DNA from: Octopus bimaculoides
Lineage: Eukaryota
Length of the DNA: 64,000 nucleotides
Assembly: GCF_001194135.2 (NCBI RefSeq)
Contig: NC_068991.1
Coordinates: 53,124,570 to 53,188,569 of the forward strand
Direction: 5' to 3'
The position numbers and the translations under genes are program-made. How positions within the stretch are numbered: position 1 is the first letter of the stretch; the number at the start of each line of letters is the position of its first letter. Positions 24,088 to 35,690 of this stretch are shown here, piece after piece. Below the pieces are notes generated by a model. The model was not told where the DNA came from and made no database searches. It saw only the letters and a list, made by a program, of their open reading frames with translations.

Positions 24088-26394
24088 GTAATTTTTTTAT
24101 AGTTCAGTCTGCTTGATTTTCTGACCTCCCACTTGATTGCTTGATCTGTTCAATATAGCTGTTATATCTAGTTATCTTTAAAATAGGAAGTATGTTTAAA
24201 CTCTACTATTTCATGAGAGAATGGAAAATTTACTCAGGTGTACCTTTGCATAAAGAATGCATAATCAAATGTAGACTAATGTACTTAATGCAATGAGCTA
24301 AGAATAATTTCTAATCGATTAAAATTATACTGACAACGAAAGGTTATTATTGTCAACGATAATTATTTTGGGATGAACTCCAAAACTTAACTGGAGAAAT
24401 GGAGAAGGAGTGAATCTAATGTTTCGTAAGTACTGTGACAACTGTGAACATACTTCAGTTTTGAGACAAACCTGAAGTTGTCACTAAATTCTGCCAAAGA
24501 TTAGATTCGTTCACACTACATGTCTTCATTTATCTTATTTTATGTGAACCAGTTTAAACTTTGGAGCTCCCCACATTATTTTTTCTGAACAAAAATTGTC
24601 CCTAATACTGTCTTTTCTTTCTGGGTTCACTTGCAATACGTTAACCCACACAATAACGATATGCTAGTCACAAATTATATAAATTAGTTACTATGAAACC
24701 CATTAGTTTCATATAAAAATGCTGTACGAAATAATTTATTTTGTAAATTTAGACTATGGAGTATATATATTTAAGTTAGATACAACTTAACGAGATTTCT
24801 TTCTATGTGAGCAAACTTTTTATCATTTGTTGACAAAATCAATATCTGTCCATGCACTTTTTTAATAACAAATTCCCCTTGGTCCTATAAAACTTAACCA
24901 AGAAACTTCTATAATCATTGAATATAATGATCCAGGAGGCCAACGAACAAAAATAGCAGATCCTTCTATTTGCAAACGTGTTTCTTATGATGTTATGGTA
25001 TGAAGTTATAGCTTGTAACTTGAAATAGACTAGTTGCAAAGACCAACTGTAATGAGAGAGAGAGAGATGTGTAGTTTGGGAGACACTTTGTCAGAATGTA
25101 GGATAGGAGTGAATTGGAAGTAAAGCAGATAACAAAGTGTGACGGTCTTCAGCTAATGATTGACTTCTTTAAGATACTAGCCTTGTGTTTAGTTAATTTA
25201 CATATCAAATAACTAAATAATAAATAGTGTCTAGACGTAAGTACATTATAGAATGTGTTCTAGAAAGCTAACACATGCCACGACTGTAGGAGTAGTAAGT
25301 ATTTGATGTTATGGGATTTCAATAACCTTTCAACTCTTAATTTATCTACGCTCAGGTGGAAAACCTTGCATTTTGAAAAAATGATAATTCTATTTTTGAA
25401 ATCTGTAGTTTCTTTATTTTTAAAGAAGATCAATTTTTGCGATGAAGTCGATTATCCATTTTGCTCAAATAGTGGTCTAAGGGAAATAACTCTCGGAGTT
25501 ATTTCCCTTAGAAATGGTTGAGAGTTTGTGTTCCTACATTTCTAGTTTTAAAGACTGAGTTGAACCTGACTAACCCAGCAAAGCTTGGGATCCAGACATG
25601 TGTCGGATTAGTGGATTAACAATTGGCAAGTAAGACCTTTGTCAGCCACTTGCCAGCTTTCTGTTTAAAGCTATGTATAAGATTATTGAACACTTGCTGT
25701 CTGTAATCCTAGTCTTGTCCAGAATATCAAACCACTACTGGAAGCTGTTTTGTGATGTGCAACCTAACAAATTCCCACCGTCAGTCATCATATCTCGAAT
25801 GTCTTGCTTTTCTAAGTATTGGAAAACAAAAATGTCAACGTCTAGCCGACTTGTTACGGGTCCACAAAATTATTCACCATCAACGATTTGGGCCAACTCA
25901 TTTAATACTATTTCTCTATTCGTGAAGATGGTGAGATAGCAGAATTGTTGGTTAATATTTACTTTATCCTGATTACCAAAACAAAAAGAAACTAGTTTAA
26001 CAGCTATAAAAAAAATGTTAGAGAACGAATATGAAAACTAAAATATGAGTAAACGAACAATGGTGGGGGTGGGGAGAGGACTTTCGGACTTTTCTCTCAT
26101 AACTTTCCCTCTCAACACATGGCTATGATGTGCCACCACTGCTTCTGCTTGTGATCAGAGATGCACATACTGTCAGCCACCAAAAGACATGCTCAACTGG
26201 TTAAGGTCAAGCAAATGAGAAGCAAAGCTGCAGTATTGAACAGAAGATTTGCTGTAGTCCATGTTTTACACTATAACAAAACATGTAATATGTGTGTGTG
26301 TATGTATTTGTGCATATATATATATATAGATAGATATACACACACACACACACATATATATATACATCTATATATGATGATATATATGTGTGTG

Positions 26395-26474
<80 letters not shown>

Positions 26475-26509
26475 TATACATACATACATACAAACAAACA
26501 TATTCATCA

Positions 26510-26960
26510 GGAAACGTCAGTTTTCCATGCTGGTATGCATTGGATAGTTCGACAGAAGCTTGTAAGGCTGGAGGAGGGGGCTCACCAATCTCCATTGTCT
26601 TGTCTGACATGGTTTCTATGGCTGGATGCTTTTCCTACTGCTAACCATTTTACAAAGTGTACTGGGTGTTTTTTATGTAGCACCAGCACTGGTATCAATT
26701 CTGGTGTGATGGATGAGTCCTTTGTCATCTCCCTTCTAAGGCTCAGTGCCTTGAGATTAGCCTTTAATACTTCATCCCATCCCTTCTTGACTCTCCATCT
26801 TCCACAAGTTCCATCCACTTTAACTGATTGGCATTTCTGTATGCAACAGTCTACATCCATCTGCATCGCATGACCAAACCAGCACCATCTTCTCTCTTGC
26901 ACATTGCTTCTAATTTCTCTTAAGTCTACCTTTTCTCTCAATACACCAGCGTTCATGCTT
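26510..26960 (-). mobile_element. RTE-clade LINE 3' fragment
   Basis: ORF 26582..26956 QERRWCWFGHAMQMDVDCCIQKC..V.GTCGRWRVKKGWDEVLKANLKAL matches the RTE RRLRWFGHVxRM...RGRPxKTWxEVV motif. Confidence 0.85.
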
Positions 26961-27149
26961 ATATATATATATATATATAATGTACAGTATCATAGATCCA
27001 TTACAGCTGACCTTACTAATTGGTTTCACGCAGGTAATTGAGTATTTAACTGATTCCTTAACACAATGCTTGTCAGAGTGACTTGTATAGGAAAAATGGT
27101 GATGGCTCTCTGCTACTGGAGGTCAGCAAGTGTCACATCTGATTTGTGG

Positions 27150-27985
27150 AAGCTGTAAAAACAATGGGAAGAACCTGTGGGAGACAAGCAGAAGGGTATT
27201 CCATCAAGAGTTATCTCCTTTGTTCACCTAAACTCTGAGTGGTAACTACCTGCAAAGTGTGGCTTGAGTGAAGGTAGTGTGGGATTGACATATGTATAGG
27301 GAAGTTTTGGAGGGAGATCAGGCAGGTGCCTAAACCTTAAACCTTGCTCTTGCAGTTTAGGTAGGTGTCCAGGTGAAGAGAGTACTTTGGTATAGTTCTT
27401 CTCTCACCCACGCATAGCCTGCACCTCCAGTTAAAGTAAGGTTTTCACTTCTTTTTTTGATGTAATCCATGGTGGCTTCCTTCAATGACCATACACACCT
27501 AGTAAGGGCTGTGACATTACAGCTCTCCTGAATATTAAAGGAAGACTTATGGTTGTTAAATCTAATTTTGAAAGAACCTTCTGTCATACCTGCAGACTTT
27601 GATATTACCTCTGTCTCACTTATGATGATCTCTGTGTTGTACTGGCTGTTAGAGAGACATGTGGTGCTGCCTCTGTCCCGTGTGTGGGGGCCTACCTACT
27701 AATACCTTCTTTACACTAAAAGAAACTCCCAAAGTGTATTTATTAAATATTTTACAGTAAATATTCATACAAAGTTTTTACATTTAGAGAGAAGTGATAT
27801 ATGAACCCCAAAACCTTCTAGTGACATTTTCTCTTGCTGATGTTAGAATCAGGCATGTAACTAATCCTATTCTTAAAACTGCCAGCAGCTAGGGCCTTGT
27901 TGTAATATGGGGTTGCAGTATCGAAAATCTCTTTACTTGAAGACAGGCTGAAGATTTTTCTGCTGACCTCCTTCATCAGGTTTCT
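27150..27985 (-). mobile_element. Penelope-like element relic (RT C-terminus, linker and GIY-YIG)
   Basis: Minus-strand pieces: LMKEVSRKIFSLSSSKEIFDTATPYYNKALAAGSFKNRI, a WFNPPFSxNVKT-like segment, and GMTEGSFKIRFNNHKSSF...TALTRCVWSLK. Confidence 0.8.
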
Positions 27986-29567
27986 GAATACAGCTTTCTG
28001 TCATCCAGCCCACTATGGCTGGATGACAGGAAGTTGTATTAATGTATGTTATCAAATTGGATATATAAGAGGAATTTAATTGTAATGTTCAAGAGAAATA
28101 ATGATATAGACATGTGAAGTGGATGACAACTGCATATACAAATGCCACGTGCTGAAAATGAATAGTACCTGTTTCTCTCTTAGTTCATTTATACTTTGTT
28201 GTTTTCAAGCATTAACATGACACAAGAAGTGAAACATGCTTCTCTCATTTCTTTTTAGTCTTTGCAGGTTCTCATTCAAGGCCCAAATCTTGCTCCCATG
28301 CAGCAGCATGTTTGCACACAAGCATCAAACAATCTGTCCTTCCCCTCAAGGGAGGGAGAAGGCTTTTGTTGTACATAAATGTAACAAGTTCCTTGAATCT
28401 TCTTCAAATTGTTCTTATTTTGGTTACCACACTTTAGGAACACCTAACCCACTGCTAATTTGTAACAAAAGCTATTGATTCTTGCTAGGGAGCCTTCTGG
28501 TTATTTGAGAGATCACTTTTCAACACCTCATCTGATCAAGATGACAGAAGACTATGTCAACTGATGTATGGTTTTGCAGAAGACCAAACTTCCTGTACAA
28601 ACTTGAAATACTGGGAAAGTGCATGCACCTCTATTACCCTAACATCTCTCCAGCAGCTTTTCTCCTACCAACTATTCTATGTATTTTGTAGCTTTTCATG
28701 TCCCCATCATAGAGAGGAAAGCACTTAAACAATCTCCCTTACCTCCTCCATCCATTTCTTGTTACCCAGTCTTTCCATAGAACTTCTGAATCAGGTTGAG
28801 TCAGGAGGAGTTCTACAACTTTTACCCACCTTCTCTGATTCTTCTATCACCATTCTCTGTAGGAAGATGTTAACTCTGAGGATACACTCGGTTTTTCATC
28901 TTATCTCTCTTTCATGCACCTCTCTCCCCATTCACATGTATATATATAACATGGAGTACGCTGCAGTTTCACCTACTCACATCCCTACCTCTGCCCTTAT
29001 CACACTTTGACTCTCTCTCTCTCTCTCTCATTAATCCCTTGACACTATGTCCCTTCTGTAATACCAACAGGGTCTCTGTCAGTCTCTCCTCTACTGTTCT
29101 CTCTCAACAAATAACTCTCAATAAGAACCAACTTGAAAAGTGGATGTAAAATGATTACTTTATTATGTAGGAGAGCACTGGGTCCTCCCTCCTCACCCAA
29201 TGCCCACCATCCTTACCACTTTGTTCTACCCCACTCTCTTTCACATTACCCTCCAATACTGTTCTTTCTATTACTCTCTCCACCACCATCCTCTCACAAC
29301 AGTAAATGTTTCTTCAATCACATGACTTTCCATGGGGGCTCTCTTTTGCCTTGTTAGCTTCATGGCAACCCCAGTTGTGCTGCTGCTGCTATGAAGCACT
29401 TGGTACAAACTGTAATAGGTTCGTAAATTAAATCAATTAGTGACATTGCAATGCTTGAGATGGCTCTTTAGTCATGCCCAGGGCAGTTCAACTATTTTAT
29501 ACACACATTATCGCACTGAACACTGTGGTTGGATGACAGGAAGCTGTATCAATGTATGTTAACAAAC

Positions 29568-29634
<67 letters not shown>

Positions 29635-29635
<1 letters not shown>

Positions 29636-29858
29636 GGAGTAAGCACATGGAATGTGCAACAAGGTGGAAAAAAGAGTACTCAAATACCAGAGGTAGAGTA
29701 ATATGCTTTATTTAAAAGCAGCAGAAATATAACAAAAAAAAACGTTACTCTGAGTTTCACGTTCCCGTTCATCGGACAAAACTGTCCGATGAACGGGAAC
29801 GTGAAACTCAGAGTAACGGTTTTTTTGTTATATTTCTGCTGCTTTTAAATAAAGTATA
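29635..29858. mobile_element. PLE-like terminal repeat plus an inverted copy between two (TA)n tracts, carrying two hammerhead-like motifs
   Basis: Arms 29702-29778 and 29783-29858 are near-perfect reverse complements around a 4-nt loop. The same family recurs at 58085-58300. Confidence 0.7.
29778..29823 (+). ncRNA. Complete type I hammerhead-like fold with a variant core (CCGAUGA)
   Basis: Helix I AAAACUGU/ACGGUUUU, stem II ACG-GGAA-CGU, GAAA, helix III ACUC-A-GAGU, GUA cleavage triplet (after 29815). Confidence 0.55.
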
Positions 29859-29873
29859 TATATATATATATAC

Positions 29874-30112
29874 ACTAGTATTATAACCCGATTTCATTCG
29901 GGTCTACTCGGGCCACATTTTAAAGACAAGGAATTTTGCCCTAGTGGTCACACCTTTCAATTGAGCAAACTCAAAGTTGCCATGCAAACTCCCCAGCACT
30001 TTTAACATAGGTGTGCAAATTTTCAGGTCAATCCGACCATATTTACTAACGCTTTTGCCTGCACAACTGCTTGTGAGACAACGTCTGCCCTTTTCACAAA
30101 TATATAGTAGAT
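29874..30112 (+). mobile_element. Possible non-autonomous Helitron-type element (DINE/Lep1-like layout)
   Basis: Starts actagt..ataacccgatttcattcgggt (small inverted repeat) and ends atatatagtagat, the layout of these elements. Confidence 0.4.
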
Positions 30113-30254
30113 AGATAATATATATCATCACCATTATTTTAATGTTTTTCCATACCAGCATGGGTTGGACTTGAGAGTATTTAACAGGTTAGAGGACAAC
30201 ATCTTATTGTAAATCTGTTTTAGTATGGTTTGTATAACAATAACAAGGATGTAC

Positions 30255-30640
30255 TCATTTACTTGTTTCAGTCATTTGACTACAGCCATGCTAGAGCACC
30301 GCCTTTATTTGAACAAATCAATCCCAGGACTTGTTCTTTGTAAACCTAGTACTTATTCTATCGGTCTCTCTTGCTGAACCACTAAGCTATGGGGGCATAA
30401 ACACACCAACAATGGTTGTCAAGTGATGGTGGGGGAACAAACACAGACACACACAAACATATATATATATATATACGACGGGCTTCTTTCAGTTTCTGTC
30501 TACCAAATCTACTTACAAGGCTTTGGTTGGCCTGAGGCTATAGTAGAAGACACTTGCCCAAGGTGCCATGCAGTGGGACTGAACCCGGAACCATGTGGTT
30601 GATAAGCAAGCTACTTACCACACAGCCACTCCTGTGCCTA
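30255..30640 (-). mobile_element. SINE family A, near full length
   Basis: Head and tail both present. Confidence 0.88.
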
Positions 30641-30679
30641 CATATTAAAAAAATCCTGAAATAATAAACATCTCATTAG

Positions 30680-30900
30680 ATGATGATTTCAGTTTAATGT
30701 CTGTTTTCCATGATGGCATGGTTTAGACAGTTTGATGGGAGCTGGTAAGGCTGGGGCCCACACCAGGCTTGATTCTCTGTTGTGGCATGATTTCTCTGGC
30801 TGGGTGTCCTTCCTAATGCCAACCACTTTATAGAGTGCACTGGGTGCCATTTATGTGGCATCTGCACCAGTGCTTTTTGTGTGGCACTGGCACAGGTGTC
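30680..30900 (-). mobile_element. RTE-tail-related repeat
   Basis: gatgatttcagtttaatgtctgttttccatgatggcatgg...ggctgggtgtccttcctaatgccaaccac, shared with 35165-35690. Confidence 0.65.
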
Positions 30901-31556
30901 ATCTTTTCTTATGAAAAAAGCGAGACTTTACAATTTGATAACCAATAATTTTAGTTTTAATCTACCGTAATTAACCGAATTTATAATATAAACACTGCTA
31001 TTTCACTGGTCTTGAAGTCAGTGTAGTGTTTTTGACAAAGCCTTAAGATCCAATTTTTTTCTGCTGGTGTTGTTTGATTAAATTAGACGCATGACATCTG
31101 TTATATACAAATGCAAGATTTATCTTAACTTATCCCAAGTGAATTTCACCTGGTTTCCAACAAGAATTTAAAATCAGTTCTTCCTTACCTTTCCACAAAC
31201 ATTCTATAAAACAAATATCTACATACCGGGCAGGTATTTGGTGCAGTTAAACCTCACCAAAGACATTTGCTAAATTCTATTTTGTGAACATGTTCCATTG
31301 TAAATGGTAAAAGTAGTAATTTACTTGAGAATGTGCTTGTAATTACAGTTTTCACTATTTGAACAGAAATAAAGAGTTAAATGCAATATAATGGAGACAG
31401 AAAGAGAGATAATGTTATCTCATTTTAGTAGCACTTATAGTAGCAGTCTAGTTGAGTAAATTTAATTTACTTAAAGAAAATGATATGAAGAAACGTTTTT
31501 ATTTTTCATTTAGTCTGAATGGATTATGGTTTAAGTCGTTGCAGTGCTCTACTGGT

Positions 31557-31919
31557 GTGGAGGCGCAATGGCCCAGTGGTTAGGGCAGCGAACTCGTGGT
31601 CGTAGGATTGTGGTTTCGATTGTGAGTGTTTATTGAGTGAAAACACCTAAAGCTCCATGAGGCTCCAGCAGGGGGTAGTGGCAAACCCTGCTGTACTATT
31701 TCACCACAACTTTCTCTCACTCTTTCTTCCGGTTTCTGTTGTACCTGTATTTCAAAAGGGCCAGCCTTGTCACACTGTGTTACACTGAATCTCTGAGAAC
31801 TACATTAAGGGTACATGTGTCTGGAGTGCTCAGCCAACTTGTATGTTAATTTCAAAAGCAGGCTGTTCCGTTGATCGGATCAACTGGAACCTTCGTCATC
31901 ATAACTGACAGTGCCATGA
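31557..31919 (+). mobile_element. SINE family C with a 10-bp TSD (ctctactggt)
   Basis: A/B boxes present; TSD at 31547-31556 and 31920-31929. Confidence 0.88.
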
Positions 31920-32164
31920 CTCTACTGGTAACTCTATACTGTTGCTTAGCTTGCTAGAAATAGCAGCCAAATCTCCTTCATATAACAGAAAACTTACTTA
32001 AAAATTAAAACAATGGATAGTGCAGTCTGGGACATATTACTGTTGAAAAAGAGGAAAAAAAAAAGAGGTAATAATTTAATGCCCTTTGCTCACTCATAAG
32101 TCTGCTCAGTTAAATTTGGAAATAAAAATTTTATCAAAATTTGTGTCTATTCTTTTCTACTCTA

Positions 32165-32365
32165 GGAACAAGGACCGAAATTTTTGGGGAGTGGGGCCAG
32201 TCAATGAGATTAACCCCAGTATGCAACTGATACTTAGTTTATTGACCCCAAAAGGATGAAAGGCAAAGTCGACCTCGGTGGAATTTGAACTCAGAACGTA
32301 AAGACAGACGGAATACCGCTAAGTATTTTGCTCAGTGTACTAACGTTTCTGCCAGCTCACTGACT
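32165..32365 (-). mobile_element. SINE family B
   Basis: aaaaggatgaaaggcaaagtcgacctcggtggaatttgaactcagaacgtaa is the reverse complement of the family core. Confidence 0.85.
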
Positions 32366-33556
32366 TTTGTTTTTTTCATTGTTATTCTAAAGTTTTCATT
32401 AATTTCATAGTTGGAGGCAGCATTTTACTGTAATTTTGTTCCATTATTAGTTATAGATTACTGCTAACAATTTTACTTCTTACTAACTGCAACCAGAAAA
32501 AAAGCATTCATTTTAAATTATTTATATTTGTTTTGCTGTTCTATATATGCAACGCTTGCATAAATCAATATCCAAGAGTTGTAACAGTAAACAAACACCA
32601 GAATGGCTTCTGAAGGTCATATTCACTTGAAACCTGCTGTGTCACATCCCTGGGTCCGTTTATGAAAGCAATGTTGCTCTCAACCATATCTGACAAATTT
32701 CCCCTTGAATCTGTCCTCTTATAGGGATTCCTCTGACTAATCGTTAGGACTAATAGCTTCCTATCAGATTACATTACTACAATGTAGTGACGTTACTCTC
32801 TCTCGATTCTGGCATGCCAAAGTCTGGTTTTGTCTCCCAACTGTTTTCCTTCTACTCATAAGTAAACCAAGTTGCTGCCAAATAACTCACTTATATGTAA
32901 ATAATAAGCCTCTTCGTTTTCTCCTAATCTTCCTCAACAAACCATTATCTGTATGCTACCTAGAAGCAATACACCACACCTGCACCCACTTCCTCAAATG
33001 GGGGACACACCAACAGCCAGGAGGTGGAGAATTAAAACCAAACAAACAAAACAAGCACAATACTTTATTTCACATTGCTCCAGTCCACTTATCAACATTT
33101 AACATCAGTTTCCCATGCTGGCACGGGTTGGATAGCTTGACAGCAACTGGCAAGGCCAGGGGCTGGCACCAGGTTTTATCAAGAATGAGTTGTACCTGTA
33201 TTTCAAAGGGACAGCCTTGTCACATTGTGTCATGCTGAATCTCCATGAGGACTACATTAAAATTATGCAACTGTGGAGTACTTAGCCACTTGCACATTAA
33301 ATTTCATGAGCAGAATGTTTCGTTGATAAGATCAACTGGAACTCATAACTGGAGTGCCAGTTAAGACCTAGTAAGTAGGGGAAAGAGGTAAACAATGTTG
33401 CTCTCACTAGTCACAGTCTGCATAAGTCACGATCCCTTCCTTCAGACCAAACCAAAACTGAGAATAGTTCTTCCGATATGCTTAACTAGATTAAAAAATA
33501 AATAAGTTGCTGGTTCAGATAAGAAAAGGACCGAAGTTGTAAACCAGTCACATCAG

Positions 33557-33765
33557 TTATGAATTTTTTAGCATTTATACTGGTCCAAATATTTTGTTTT
33601 ATGGTCAAGCCAGTCAGATCCAGCGTCTCACACCTACCCAGTAATGTCATTCTAAAAATAATTGCATCATTGAAATATCAGAGCTATGAGATAATGCATG
33701 GTGAATTCAAAACAGAATAAATAAGCATTACATTTGACAGAGTAACCTGAATGCTAAAGGGTTAA
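33557..33765 (+). mobile_element. piggyBac-type MITE, copy 3
   Basis: Ends gaatgctaaagggttaa; the body aligns with 2897-3112. Confidence 0.6.
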
Positions 33766-34045
33766 CTGAACCATAACTTTATATAAAAGTAATTCTAAGT
33801 AGACAAGCAAGCTCACTTGCTATGCTGGGAAAACTTTATAAGACTGGATTTGCTTCTGGCAAGATGTTGTAGAACATGATTGATGATAGCATTTTCAAAA
33901 CAATTAAGGATTGAGGTTAATCAAAATTCTATATATATTTGAGAGGGTTAATAAAGTTTGTTGATTAGCCAACTTAAATCATAAAATATATAACCATGCA
34001 ACAAACTTCTACTCCTTAAAATAACTGGCCATTATTACTATTGTT

Positions 34046-34490
34046 AAGGCAGTGAGCTGGTAGAATCATTAGCACACCAGGCAAAATGCTTAGTGGCATT
34101 TCGTCTGTCTAAGTTCTGAGGTCAACTTCGTCTTTTATTCTTTCGTAGTTGATAAAATAAGTATCAGCTGTGCACTGAAGTTGATGTAATCGACTTATCC
34201 CATCCTCTGAAATTGCTGGTCTTGTGCTAGAACCTGAAACCATTATTATTACTATTATTAAGGCAGTGGGCAGCAGAATCACCAGTGTCAGACAAAAATA
34301 CTCAGCAGTATTTCTGCTGGCTCTTTATGATCAGAGTTCAAATACCTCTGAGGTCAACTTTGCCCTTCATTTTTTTTTTGAGCGGGGGTGGGGGGTGTCA
34401 ATAAAATAAGTACCAGTTAAGCACTGAAGTTGATGGAATTGACTAACCCCTCCCGTCAAAATTTTAGGCCTTGTACCTATAGTAGAAAGA
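34046..34490 (+). mobile_element. Two adjacent SINE family B copies
   Basis: aaggcagtgagctgg at 34046 and aaggcagtgggcagc near 34260, each followed by the ...taagta(t/c)cag core. Confidence 0.75.
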
Positions 34491-35164
34491 ATTATCTTAA
34501 TTTGTGATATCACTATCAGGTCTGCAAGGGTGGTGCAGATGGTTATGTGCTGAGCGATAATTAATTTTGTTAATAATTGAATTCAAATCCTGCCAGTCAG
34601 CTTTGACATTGCATTTTATTCCACCGTTGATCTGCAAGAAATATTTACAATATGCAGTTCAATAGACTAGAGCTGCTCCAACATCATGTGCGAGTAGGTA
34701 CAAATTATGTCATGCAATTGACATGTATACAGGGTTAAGGGGGCCACCAACCAATTAAGTACACCAAAACCCAGGTAACATAGTGAGCAGAGAAAACAAG
34801 CTTTATTTGCTTAGCATATAGGATTAACTCAGTACAAGATAATTCTGTAGCAAGTAATATATTTAGGGAAGTCCCCCTCCCCACAGCATACAAGACTTGC
34901 CTGAGGTAGAGAAAAAGAAAGTGATACTATGAAGAGGTGATATTGGATAACAGACATTGCAGTAAATTTGTAGACATGAAAATAAGATTAACATTTCTTT
35001 TAAAAGAAAAGTAAGAGATTAAAACTGAAACCAGGCAAAAGGAACAGATTAACTGAAATATAAAATTAGAACAATGACTATATGACAATAAACACTTAAG
35101 GTTTCTAAATGCTAGACATTGTTGTAATTCATTGTAAGTTTAAATGCAATAAATTTACTTTCCT

Positions 35165-35690
35165 TCTTCATCATCATCGTTTAACATCCGCTTTCCATGC
35201 TAGCATGGGTTGGATGATTTGACTGAGGACTGGTGAACCAGGTTGCTATACCAGGCTCCAATGTGATTTGGCAGAATTTCTACAGCTGGATGCCCTTCCC
35301 AACGCCAACCACTCCGAGAGTGTAGTGGGTGCTTTTAAGTGCCACCGGTACGAAGGCCAGTCAGGCGGTACTGTCAACGGCCATGCTTGAAATGGTGTAT
35401 TTTACGTGCCACCTGCACAGGAGCCAGTCCAGCGGCACTGGCAACGATCTTGCTCGAATGTCTTTTCACGTGCCAGGAAGGCGACATTGGTAACGACCAC
35501 GCTCAAATGGTGTTATTTACGTGCCACCGGCACGGAAGCCAGTCAGCTGCTCTGGCAACCATCACGCTTGGACGGTGCACTTAGTGCTCCACTGGTACAG
35601 GTGCCATCACGATTTTGTTTTCCCCAACAGATCTTCGCAAGCCGAGTTTAGTGTTCAATGAAAGAGACGTTGGCATGGGTAACAGGCAGA
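35165..35690 (-). mobile_element. Non-autonomous RTE-tailed repeat with about 60-bp internal tandem units
   Basis: catcatcatcgtttaacatccgctttccatgctagcatgggttgg ((GAT)n tail on the minus strand), then about four acgtgccacc...gccagtc...ggcaacg units. Confidence 0.8.

Noticed and set aside
29455-29485. cttgaga-TGGCT-cttt-AGTCA hairpin resembling a hammerhead stem II
   Set aside because: Both core strands are broken and no GAAA follows.
35380-35600. CRISPR-like spaced repeats
   Set aside because: Eukaryotic context; the units are degenerate tandem repeats without unique constant-length spacers, and there are no cas genes.
35339-35651. GC-richer ORFs 35339..35584 and 35406..35651
   Set aside because: They lie inside the tandem units of an RTE-tailed repeat and show no protein similarity that I recognise.
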